64,000 nt of DNA from a virus (Duplodnaviria > Caudoviricetes): positions 128,001-192,000 of the IMG/VR virus record IMGVR_UViG_3300037067_015211; one strand, written 5' to 3'. The notes under the pieces were generated by a model. The model made no database searches. It saw nothing but the letters and a program-made list of their open reading frames with translations, and had not been told where the DNA came from. Position numbers and translations under genes: made by a program. Positions 36,598 through 45,813 of the stretch are shown piece after piece (position 1 is the first letter of the stretch; every line of letters starts with the position of its first letter).

Positions 36598-38577
36598 CTA
36601 ATATTTTATTTTTATGTCGCCAGATGCAGTTTGAATGCCAGAATTTGTTTGATATGACAGGTCAATAAAAAATTTTTCATTAGATGCCCAAACTCCATTT
36701 GATAGTCCTGATGCTCCAGAGTACGCAAATTCATGTAATCTATTAGGATAATTATACCCATAAACAGTTTCGTTTACAACAGAAATCCCCTGCGTATCCT
36801 TTATTTTTATATAAGCATTAGATGTTTCATGTGCAACGGTTTCATATTTTGTAGAAAAACTCGGATATTCATATTGGGTTGGCAAGGATGTGGTAATGTT
36901 TTCCCACACATCTGTATCAACATAATACTTCCAATGGTGTTGATTTGTGTAAAGCCCTCCAATAAGGTGTATTGTTCTATTTTCCGGATCCCAAAAGGTT
37001 GCCCCGCCACGATACTGCTGTCCATTTGCCGTGCCCTGTGTTGTTCCGCGCTTTGTCCAAATATTTGTTTCAATGTCATAAACATACGTTACGTATTTTG
37101 TTCCAGTGTCGTCGAGAGTGCCAAACACATATATTTTCCCCTCTATTCCTATTCCCGGCCTAAAAATATATGTATTTAATCCAGTAGAAATTGGAGTATC
37201 CCACGTATTTGCAAATGGATCATAAACCAAAATGTATGGATATGCAGAAATGTCTATCCCAATTACATATATTTTGTCTCCATAAAAATAACATGGTCCA
37301 GATTGAATATCATAGCTAGAAGATACACTTGTTTTATTCGTTAGTGTCTGAGAAAAAATATTGTATGCCCAACAATAATAACCTTGAAAAATGAAAATAT
37401 TGCCCAAACAATAAGCCGATACTGTTCTTTTACTTGCAGATGGTTGTGGTGCGGTTGTGCCTAAATCAATAGTTTGCCAAGAATCGCCTTCTGTGTCATA
37501 AATTAACATTAATGTATCGTTTGGAGGGCTTTCCTGTCTATCAAAAACATAAACATTGTTATTATAATATCCGCACCATGCAATATAATCTATCTTCTCG
37601 CTTGGGCCTGTAAGGCCACTCCAAACACTTGTTTGTGGACTAAACTTATTCCAAACTGTTGAATCCTCTTGACCAATAAAAAAATCAAGGCTATAGTTGC
37701 TTTGTAGTTTTAAGGAAATATCGATTTCCTTTATTGTTCCCCTACATTGTAAATTAAATTCTTGATTGTACATTGTATTCAAGCCAGAGCCAACGGCAAC
37801 AGACAAATTGTTTGCCCCGGTATATATGTTTGATTTTTCCTGATATACGCCAGAAACATAAGAATGTTTATATGTTGGCGATAAAAATTCTATATATCTT
37901 CCGCTATATAAATCGTGGCTATGCTTTTCCCCCGGCAATAACTCCGTTCCATTTTTCAAATCATTAAAACCTGAAACATCAATTTCATCTATTGTAACAC
38001 CAGAGTCTACGTTAAGGTCTCCATTAAGTGTTCCGCTACAAACGCTAATGCCGCCCGTTTGTTCTGGTGTAACAAGATGTGGATTATTGGCAATGCCCGA
38101 GAGCATATGAGATATCATAGAATTTGCTTCGGCAGATAGATCAATACCATTAAAAAGGCCGTCGATAGTTGTAATCGTGCTTCCACCATAAACCCCGGCC
38201 AAACCGCTTACATATAAATTATCCAGACCAGAGATATGATTTACCGCAACATCTTTTACAATAATTTGGTTAAATATACCAATATTTGCCTTTAGACCAG
38301 AGTGATATGAGAATACATATCCATTTTCATTAATAAGGTCTTGAACTTCCATTTCATTGGTCGTTATTCCAGAGACAAAAGCATCTCCAAATATATTGAT
38401 ATCATTTGCTACAGCACAGCTTAGGCCAGAAAACATCTCTTTAATAACAATGCCAGAAGAAAATTGTAAAATTGTTCCATGTGGATCAATATTGTTATCG
38501 TAGTGATCGCTCAAAATAACAACATATTTTTTTTCGCCCGGAGACTGTGTAATGCCATCAGTTACTACTGTCGCCAT
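36598..38577 (-). CDS. tail fibre-like protein with an inserted Kelch beta-propeller
   Basis: NNPHLVT fibre motif; Kelch blades (IYDTEGDSW, YDPFANTW, IYVFG, YDIETNIW, LIGG) at ~36860-37650. Confidence 0.75.
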   Translation of the reverse strand: MATVVTDGITQSPGEKKYVVILSDHYDNNIDPHGTILQFSSGIVIKEMFSGLSCAVANDINIFGDAFVSGITTNEMEVQDLINENGYVFSYHSGLKANIGIFNQIIVKDVAVNHISGLDNLYVSGLAGVYGGSTITTIDGLFNGIDLSAEANSMISHMLSGIANNPHLVTPEQTGGISVCSGTLNGDLNVDSGVTIDEIDVSGFNDLKNGTELLPGEKHSHDLYSGRYIEFLSPTYKHSYVSGVYQEKSNIYTGANNLSVAVGSGLNTMYNQEFNLQCRGTIKEIDISLKLQSNYSLDFFIGQEDSTVWNKFSPQTSVWSGLTGPSEKIDYIAWCGYYNNNVYVFDRQESPPNDTLMLIYDTEGDSWQTIDLGTTAPQPSASKRTVSAYCLGNIFIFQGYYCWAYNIFSQTLTNKTSVSSSYDIQSGPCYFYGDKIYVIGIDISAYPYILVYDPFANTWDTPISTGLNTYIFRPGIGIEGKIYVFGTLDDTGTKYVTYVYDIETNIWTKRGTTQGTANGQQYRGGATFWDPENRTIHLIGGLYTNQHHWKYYVDTDVWENITTSLPTQYEYPSFSTKYETVAHETSNAYIKIKDTQGISVVNETVYGYNYPNRLHEFAYSGASGLSNGVWASNEKFFIDLSYQTNSGIQTASGDIKIKY

Positions 38578-38580
38578 CTT

Positions 38581-40104
38581 TTATCCTAAATCAAAGTCTA
38601 TGCCGTATAGACGAACTGCATTATTGTTGCTTGTATATAGTTCTGTTTTTAGAACTAGCGCATCTCCAGCTTGCCAGTTAGACCCTATGTTTGAAAGCTT
38701 CGTGGACGGAGCAGATACACCATAAAATCTACCTATACCCGCATTAAATAAATTTTCAATATCTGTATCAGATTTATAGGCATTCCAATAACTCGCTTCA
38801 TCCATTAAACCATCAAATGAATTTGTTGTAAATATAGATTTCACTAATTCCATATCCCAAGCATACCTTGCGCCAATAATAAAATCAGTGCCAATTGCCT
38901 GTGTGGTTTCAACCGTAGCTTCTGAAGTGGAATATAATGTTCCTGTCGAACAATCTCCAACATCTAATTTAAATACATTTCCAGCACCATAAAATCTTCC
39001 TGCAATCATCCACCATTTGCCACTAATATCATCGCCAACAATTTGAGTGCAACTATTTGGCCCCATACCATCTTTAAAAAGAAATACAAATTTTCGTCCA
39101 AAACCATCTCTTGTTATAGTAAGTGCCCAACATTCTGTGTCCATATCGGCAGTAACTTGTTTAAAGGCAATATCCCTAGTGGTAGAGAGGGCTATGTCAC
39201 TTTCTGGTTTAATAAATACTGCATATGTGAAATCGCCCGTATTGGGGATAATAAAATTTGTAGGATATGGAAGGGCATGGGTAAGATAATCCCCATCACC
39301 ATTTTCAAAATCTAAACAATGATTGTAAATTCCACTGGAAGATTCTACCGTGCCCGTATTTGTCAAATCAAATGCACCAACCGCGTCTTCGGCTGAAGTG
39401 TTTTCCATGTGCCAAACATGTTTTAAATCAGAATTCAAATTATCTGTATAGCTTTGATCCGCCGAATATGTGAACATTTCAGGTGTTTGGCCCGTTCCGT
39501 TTTGGAAAACTGTAGTCACAACCTTGGCATCTGTGGCTACCGTACTGTCGGCATCAAAATTCAGTTCAATTGTATTGGCTCCAAATGCCGCACTGGGCGG
39601 GAACTTTTTGGCAAAATACATGTCCAAATGCTCTTGATATGCCTGACTAGAAACAGCCTGTACAAATAAATTTGTACCGTTAAACCCTTCCGTAACCGTC
39701 AAGCCAGACTGTACGCCCAGCCCTGAACTATATTCTAGTCTAATTGCATGGAAGGGGGGAAGTTCATTATTGGGACTAAAATATGGATAAACCTTAGCCT
39801 CTGTACCAGAAGCGTAGTTTATCACGCTGGAAATGCTAGATGTGTTCGTGCTCGTCTGTGCGCCCACTCCAGACGCATAGCCCGTAACGGCAGTGATTTG
39901 GGTAGTATGGGTGCCTACCGTGCTCGCTGTGGCCACCGCAAGCGTTCCTACGCCCGATCCGTATAGCTCTTCCTTGTACATCTGGTCATCTACGATGTCT
40001 AAACCAGAGTTTACATATGTTCCCCAGTTATCGGACTCTGTGTAGACCTGATTGGGAACTGGTTTTTGTATTGAATAATGACTTGTCGGTGTCGGATCTG
40101 CCAT
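38581..40104 (-). CDS. tail fibre-like protein with an inserted LamG/ConA-like domain
   Basis: TSHYSIQKP..WG..VN...D.VD N-terminus; LamG (VWHME, DFTYAVFIKP, WWMIAG, FDGLMDEASYWN) at ~38720-39450. Confidence 0.75.
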   Translation of the reverse strand: MADPTPTSHYSIQKPVPNQVYTESDNWGTYVNSGLDIVDDQMYKEELYGSGVGTLAVATASTVGTHTTQITAVTGYASGVGAQTSTNTSSISSVINYASGTEAKVYPYFSPNNELPPFHAIRLEYSSGLGVQSGLTVTEGFNGTNLFVQAVSSQAYQEHLDMYFAKKFPPSAAFGANTIELNFDADSTVATDAKVVTTVFQNGTGQTPEMFTYSADQSYTDNLNSDLKHVWHMENTSAEDAVGAFDLTNTGTVESSSGIYNHCLDFENGDGDYLTHALPYPTNFIIPNTGDFTYAVFIKPESDIALSTTRDIAFKQVTADMDTECWALTITRDGFGRKFVFLFKDGMGPNSCTQIVGDDISGKWWMIAGRFYGAGNVFKLDVGDCSTGTLYSTSEATVETTQAIGTDFIIGARYAWDMELVKSIFTTNSFDGLMDEASYWNAYKSDTDIENLFNAGIGRFYGVSAPSTKLSNIGSNWQAGDALVLKTELYTSNNNAVRLYGIDFDLG

Positions 40105-40116
40105 AGTTATTTTCCT

Positions 40117-40677
40117 TTAACTTCCGTAAGAACCTTGCCCAAAATACCCTTGACCATAAATGCCAGTCAAAGATGGAGGCGTTACCATTCCCATATATAA
40201 CTCGATATTTGTTGTTGTAAGTCCATTTTTTGTAATTGCCAAAAGGTTTGCAAACTCCCTTGAACTCAAATAACTAGATACACTTTCATTTGTTCTATCT
40301 TCCTCAACAAGCTTAAGAAACAAATAATATGTTTGTCCTGCAATAAGATCATTCCACCGCACATTAAAAATTTCAATATATACACCATTAATTATACATT
40401 CAAGTTCATCACAAATACATGCAATATTGCCATTGTCTTCATAAAGAAGATAAAAATCGCTTTCTCTAATAACACCGTTTGCCCGAGTCATATAGTCGTT
40501 TATGGACAATGCTCTTGCAGTTCCATATACATTATTTTCAATAATGTCGGCATATCTTTTTTCAAGCTTGGCACTAAACTGGGTATCCCAAACCCCATCT
40601 TCATCTGCATCGTTTGGGTCAATAATTGGAAGCACATAATGGGTGCTTACTCCACCAACATATGATGTTATGGTCAT
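40117..40677 (-). CDS. tail-associated protein, paralog of the N-terminus of 40682-42244
   Basis: KRYADIIENNVYG vs RRAANIIDNQLYG; TYYLFL vs TYYLYV. Confidence 0.65.
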   Translation of the reverse strand: MTITSYVGGVSTHYVLPIIDPNDADEDGVWDTQFSAKLEKRYADIIENNVYGTARALSINDYMTRANGVIRESDFYLLYEDNGNIACICDELECIINGVYIEIFNVRWNDLIAGQTYYLFLKLVEEDRTNESVSSYLSSREFANLLAITKNGLTTTNIELYMGMVTPPSLTGIYGQGYFGQGSYGS

Positions 40678-40681
40678 ACAG

Positions 40682-42244
40682 CTATCCTATATACTTTAAA
40701 GTATAATCAGAAACAGATGTAGTTAAACCAGAATCAGTTTTTAGCTCTAAAATAACAGTATACGCATCTCCAATATTCCATGTTCCAGAATCTATTCCTG
40801 ATATTGAGAATGAAGATACGGCCAGTCCGCTTGTATATCTTGTTGCGTTTTCTAAAACTATATCGTTATTTTCTGTGTCTTTTATATAAGCAGTTAATGA
40901 CCCATCTGTGATATCGGCAGTTTCTTCTACATGTCGCACAAATAAAAATGGAGACACCCATTGCAAAAAGTTTGTTGGAATTATGTTTCTGCAAACAACG
41001 CTTGCCCTGCTATCAGATGCATCACCAGTTAGTTTATATAAAATATCATTGTTGCTATATTCTGTAACAATGTATGACGAATACACCCCGCTAACGACAG
41101 TGTTTGAATATGTTGGATATTCTGTTGTTGTTCTTAACCCACTTGAATATTGATGGCTGTGCCAAATATTTGTCAATTCAGAGCCATTAAATAATGGCGA
41201 CATTGTGCTTAAATCAATTCCCGCAATTGTTACGCCAGAAGAAACAATTAATGGGCCGTGCAGTGTATCGCCACTGCTCATTAGAGCACCAATTCCAGAA
41301 GCATGCGTTTGATGGGGGTTATTATAATTTGCAATATGGGCAGTAAATGCATCGTAATCGGATTCAATATTTCTATCATTTACTAAAACGCCAGAATCTA
41401 AATCAAGACTTCCCATTATAATTGCACTATCTTCTACGTTCAGTCCGCCATGAACATTTATTGCCCCCGTCACATCTATGGTTTGTGCTACAAGACCACT
41501 TGAAAAATCTCCGATTCCATTAATCACCATTAGCCCACTTTGAACAAGAAGGCCGTGATTTATTATATTATTATAAACAGTAAGATTTTTGCATGCTACT
41601 GTATCTGCGGTCAACCCGCTTGCCGTCATCGAACCAAATATCCCAATGCCGCTTAATGTTACTTGATTTGTAATCAATTCTGTTTGATACAGCACAGACG
41701 TATGTGGATCTACATTAATGGCAATATGATCTATCAATCTTGGTGTTCTTATTTTATCTGGGGGAACGCTATCTATTGAAATTGCAGAACCAGTTGTTGT
41801 AACAATTGCAATAAGCAATCTTGTGTCCTGTTCTCTTTCTGTAGAATAGGCGGAAACGGTAAAATTTCCATATTGATATGTTGAATAATTTTCTGTTTCA
41901 TCAACTGGGCTTATCGGTTCAACGTAAAGATAATATGTTGTGTTGTCCAAAAGCCCCGTTACTTCAACCAAACCATTTGAAAAGAAGTATACTTGATTTA
42001 TAAAACCCTCTAGCGTAGGGTGTGGTTTGTTTTCTCTAATTGATACGGTAGAATTATTTGTGGCAAAAGTGCCAGTATAGGTTCCATCGTCAATAATTCC
42101 GTGGCCATAACAATGAACGCGAATTGCCCCGTATAATTGATTGTCAATTATATTAGCGGCTCGTCTCTCTTCCGCCCCATCGATAACGTCACCAGATTTG
42201 ACCGCCGGTATTAAATATCTTTTTGTTTGATAGCCGTATGTCAT
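40682..42244 (-). CDS. tail fibre-like protein (insert-free member of the paralog family)
   Basis: DPH and NNPH motifs; C-terminal domain shared with 36598-38577 and 38581-40104. Confidence 0.7.
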   Translation of the reverse strand: MTYGYQTKRYLIPAVKSGDVIDGAEERRAANIIDNQLYGAIRVHCYGHGIIDDGTYTGTFATNNSTVSIRENKPHPTLEGFINQVYFFSNGLVEVTGLLDNTTYYLYVEPISPVDETENYSTYQYGNFTVSAYSTEREQDTRLLIAIVTTTGSAISIDSVPPDKIRTPRLIDHIAINVDPHTSVLYQTELITNQVTLSGIGIFGSMTASGLTADTVACKNLTVYNNIINHGLLVQSGLMVINGIGDFSSGLVAQTIDVTGAINVHGGLNVEDSAIIMGSLDLDSGVLVNDRNIESDYDAFTAHIANYNNPHQTHASGIGALMSSGDTLHGPLIVSSGVTIAGIDLSTMSPLFNGSELTNIWHSHQYSSGLRTTTEYPTYSNTVVSGVYSSYIVTEYSNNDILYKLTGDASDSRASVVCRNIIPTNFLQWVSPFLFVRHVEETADITDGSLTAYIKDTENNDIVLENATRYTSGLAVSSFSISGIDSGTWNIGDAYTVILELKTDSGLTTSVSDYTLKYIG

Positions 42245-42246
42245 TT

Positions 42247-42450
42247 TTAATCTCCAGCAGTGGCATCGCCAGCAATTAATTCATCCGTCAAATCGTCTAT
42301 ATTGGTATAGTTTTGTGTAGCCGAATAATTAGACGATCTAAACGTTGAAGAAAGTTGTATTTGTAGCCAAGATCGTCTAATGGTATCTTGTACCAAAGAC
42401 GATCTTAACGACCCCGTTTCATTTCTAATTTTGTTTATTGGAACAGCCAT
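42247..42450 (-). CDS. small tail-region protein
   Basis: 67 aa, tight spacing in the operon. Confidence 0.6.
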   Translation of the reverse strand: MAVPINKIRNETGSLRSSLVQDTIRRSWLQIQLSSTFRSSNYSATQNYTNIDDLTDELIAGDATAGD

Positions 42451-42452
42451 AA

Positions 42453-44972
42453 TTAAACATCCACAAAATCAGGGACGGTATCCCCGGACAATAAAAATGC
42501 AGATGGGTCGTATAGTTCACATTCTAAAGAAGTGTCCCAAACACACCCATTGCTAAATGAATGATTAACCGCCGTAACAATATATTTTTCTGCCGAATTT
42601 TTTGCATCAATGTTAATAAAGGTTTCGGACTTTATGTTTTCTTCGACTTGTATAATTTCATATGGAATTACCTTTTTACCCCAACACGAAAAACCTATAT
42701 TTCTTCTCTCCCTGCTATTTCTCTTGGCCGCAATAATAGCCGCTCTATTAACGGAATCCGCGCTATTCATCGATGGATCATGTGCGGCGTCCCATCTTAG
42801 CCAAGGCACAAATGTTTTGCCCTCTATAACGCTAGACGGCCACCCCTTTTGTTTTAATATTACAACAAATGGTTCTGTATCTACATTATCTTTTTCGTAG
42901 TCTTTTACTATAATTCCTGACCGATAAATAGCATTTCTAAATGTTCCAAAAGTAACATCTAGTCTCAAATTTCTGCGTATTTCATCAAAATCACCAACTA
43001 CGGTCGGCGTTTCTTTAAATAAATTTCCCCTATATTTGAAAAGTTTATAATGTGGCGCATATGTTAATTTACCGTCATATTGGCCAAATAAATACCATTC
43101 CGAAATTCCACGAATTGTTTGCATACAATCCCAAAGTGGGGTACCCATTTGGAACATATAGCCGGGCGTTTCAAACAAATGAAATGGTACAAGAAAATGC
43201 CATTTTTCATTTGGCAAAAAATCTGTATGTCCCTCATAGCATGTATCCGTATATGGTTCTACGGGCAATATTTGGCTATCGGACGTTGTATAGCCAGCCT
43301 CCATCATAAGGTTTCTCATTGCGGCCAAGTGACACCAACCATCATAAATAGGCAAATTTATTCCAAATGTTTCTTTAGCCCTAATACTAACATCAATACA
43401 CGACAGAGATATTGTTGCCGTATCCTTTGTTTTTTCTATCTTAGGCTCTCCGTTCGTATATCCCTTAAAAATTAATTCTAAATTTTGTGTGTCATAGCCA
43501 GCATAAATAGATATTGGTCTTATTCCCCAAATTAAATATTCGTTTTCGAACACACTTGTTGAAAAATTTTCCGTTGGCATATCTCTATTTGTTAGCGTTA
43601 TAGATGCAGTAGATTGCTCTACGGTTAAACTAACAGATGCGCTTAAGACATAGCTAGTTATGTCTAGTAGCTTTTGTCCAACAGAGCGAATATACGGTTC
43701 CATATACATTTCGCATCTGCATATTGCGGGGCTGTAATATCCATATCCGCTACTCATTAGACTAACACCATAATGCCACTTTTTCTTAGATTTTTTTCCG
43801 CTCGCACTTGTTACTGTAAAATTATACGACACCTCATCTACTAAATAAGTAAAGTCTCTCCCTTCTTCGTAATAAAATATACCATCACCTTTTTCGTATG
43901 GTATTTCGACAGACGTTGTACTTACATTTTTCAGTTCGGAAAGAAGAAGTTTCTTTTGTCCAAGCATTACCGCTTTTAATGTTGTAGAATTTGGATTGTT
44001 TACACTAATGTCTGGCCTAATAAATGTGCCTAAATCTTCATGTATAAGATAGTTTAATGTAAATGCCGCCGTCCCACCATATACCATAACGCCTATATTG
44101 CTCGCTGGCATATTAACATAAGAGCTAAACGACACAAAATCATTTCCTGCCTTCCAAGGGTCAATTGTTCCGTCTCCAATATATAATTTTGACCCCAATG
44201 GATAAAACATAAGTGTAAATAGTTTGTTGTTTTTTGTGCCCGTTTTTTCGTTCGCCTGTTCTTTTTTTCCTTCTACAGTAGAGTATGTTGTTGTAATAGT
44301 TTTTAGCAGTACAAACTTAGTTGTTTCTTCATCACCATCCTTTGTTGTTATCTTTTTGTAAAAAAAGATTTTTCTGGAATTTCTATCAAACACGTAATAA
44401 TAACTATCGACTACAAATATTATTTTAGGAGACGTTGGGTCTGTATCTGTCAATATTTTTGTAAATACTGTTTCACCTATTCCATATTTTGCGACTACGG
44501 CATTTGCAATTTCTTCTTTTGTTAATGCTTCGCCTTCTTCATTTTTTGATAGATTTTGTATTTCTTTAATAAACTTTCCATTCATGGGGCCGATATTAAA
44601 ATCTACGCTCCAAGGTTGATTTTTTAGAATCGGATAAACATTTGTGCTTGGTTTCATTATAACAGTTTCGCTTGCGCTAATAGTTATGTTGTCCTTTGCG
44701 TCTGGAAAATCCGACGGTGAAGATGAAGATACTTTTTCCAATACTGGCTCGGCATTATATTTTAAGATAACCCAGTTATCTAACATGGCCAATGTATCTT
44801 GAAAATACCAATCACCTTTTGCTTGCGCGTCTTCGTATGTTTTATACTTTGAGTTTTGGTTAAAAATCTGTCTATATAAATCTTTTGTGCCAACAGACGG
44901 CCACTCACATACATCGACACTGCCACCAAGCAAAACCTTTAATTGTGCTATATCTCTAGGTCTTGTGCCCAC
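42453..44972 (-). CDS. tail hub / baseplate-like protein
   Basis: DITSYVLSASV..., ELIFKGY, ISLSCID, YDGKL, YIVTAVNHSF..WDTSLEC hub-type pattern; downstream of the TMP. Confidence 0.6.
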   Translation of the reverse strand: MGTRPRDIAQLKVLLGGSVDVCEWPSVGTKDLYRQIFNQNSKYKTYEDAQAKGDWYFQDTLAMLDNWVILKYNAEPVLEKVSSSSPSDFPDAKDNITISASETVIMKPSTNVYPILKNQPWSVDFNIGPMNGKFIKEIQNLSKNEEGEALTKEEIANAVVAKYGIGETVFTKILTDTDPTSPKIIFVVDSYYYVFDRNSRKIFFYKKITTKDGDEETTKFVLLKTITTTYSTVEGKKEQANEKTGTKNNKLFTLMFYPLGSKLYIGDGTIDPWKAGNDFVSFSSYVNMPASNIGVMVYGGTAAFTLNYLIHEDLGTFIRPDISVNNPNSTTLKAVMLGQKKLLLSELKNVSTTSVEIPYEKGDGIFYYEEGRDFTYLVDEVSYNFTVTSASGKKSKKKWHYGVSLMSSGYGYYSPAICRCEMYMEPYIRSVGQKLLDITSYVLSASVSLTVEQSTASITLTNRDMPTENFSTSVFENEYLIWGIRPISIYAGYDTQNLELIFKGYTNGEPKIEKTKDTATISLSCIDVSIRAKETFGINLPIYDGWCHLAAMRNLMMEAGYTTSDSQILPVEPYTDTCYEGHTDFLPNEKWHFLVPFHLFETPGYMFQMGTPLWDCMQTIRGISEWYLFGQYDGKLTYAPHYKLFKYRGNLFKETPTVVGDFDEIRRNLRLDVTFGTFRNAIYRSGIIVKDYEKDNVDTEPFVVILKQKGWPSSVIEGKTFVPWLRWDAAHDPSMNSADSVNRAAIIAAKRNSRERRNIGFSCWGKKVIPYEIIQVEENIKSETFINIDAKNSAEKYIVTAVNHSFSNGCVWDTSLECELYDPSAFLLSGDTVPDFVDV

Positions 44973-44974
44973 AA

Positions 44975-45679
44975 TTACTCCACATAATAAGGTATTCTAC
45001 AGTCTGTTCCACCGCCACCAGCACCGCCAATAAAAACATCAATAACAGCCTCTCCAGTTCCAATTTCCAAAACTACCGGCGGCGAGAAAATAGGATAGGA
45101 AACAACTGTATTTTCTTCTTCTCCAACTTTATTAAATGTAACAATTTGCCCAACAGAATACAATGTTGCGACTATCAGATTATCTTTTAGTTCTTCAGTG
45201 TCGGGGTCAAATGGATATACAATTGAATATCTTGTGCCAGTGCCGGTTCCTCCAAAATTAACACTACCACCAATAGTATACACAGATCCACCCGCATTAA
45301 CAAGCAAATTCGCATGACATGTTAAAACATATCTATCAGATTCTTTGAAGTATGTTAGTTTAGGATAAAAGCACCATTCAAATGGATACAAATTATTGCC
45401 AATAATATAATAAATTGGCCCAGTATAATCTTGTAATATAGTGCTTGCTTGTCCTCTATACAGCTTTAGTATTTGGGTTTCATTGCTTCCATCAGATGTG
45501 CCATTAACGGTTAGAGAAGTTGTGGTGTCCACTATAATCGCATCTGAATTAACTGCTTCTGTTTGTTTGTTGTCAAATTCAGAAACGACAATATTTGCAG
45601 ACCAGTCTGATGAAAAAACTGGTTTTGCCACCCTGTCACATGCAGAATGTTTGGCTGCAAATTGTTTTATTGTTGTCAT
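44975..45679 (-). CDS. tail-region hypothetical protein (start MTTIKQ)
   Basis: ATGA-coupled to the upstream small ORF. Confidence 0.55.
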   Translation of the reverse strand: MTTIKQFAAKHSACDRVAKPVFSSDWSANIVVSEFDNKQTEAVNSDAIIVDTTTSLTVNGTSDGSNETQILKLYRGQASTILQDYTGPIYYIIGNNLYPFEWCFYPKLTYFKESDRYVLTCHANLLVNAGGSVYTIGGSVNFGGTGTGTRYSIVYPFDPDTEELKDNLIVATLYSVGQIVTFNKVGEEENTVVSYPIFSPPVVLEIGTGEAVIDVFIGGAGGGGTDCRIPYYVE

Positions 45680-45810
45680 GAATTTTTCATTTCTATAAAT
45701 AAATCGATTCCCCACTCTGTTCTTACTACATGTACCGCCCCATCGGACGATAAAACAGGATGGCAAGAACCATCGGCTGGGGCAAAACTATATCTGGTGT
45801 CATTGGCCAT
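45676..45810 (-). CDS. small ORF after the TMP (44 aa)
   Basis: Own translation MANDTRYSFAPADGSCHPVLSSDGAVHVVRTEWGIDLFIEMKNS; starts 3 nt after the TMP stop. Confidence 0.5.
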   Translation of the reverse strand: MANDTRYSFAPADGSCHPVLSSDGAVHVVRTEWGIDLFIEMKNS

Positions 45811-45813
45811 TTT

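Noticed and set aside
31932-42244. Diversity-generating retroelement acting on tail fibres
   Set aside because: No reverse transcriptase and no TR/VR pair with adenine-specific mismatches noticed in the window
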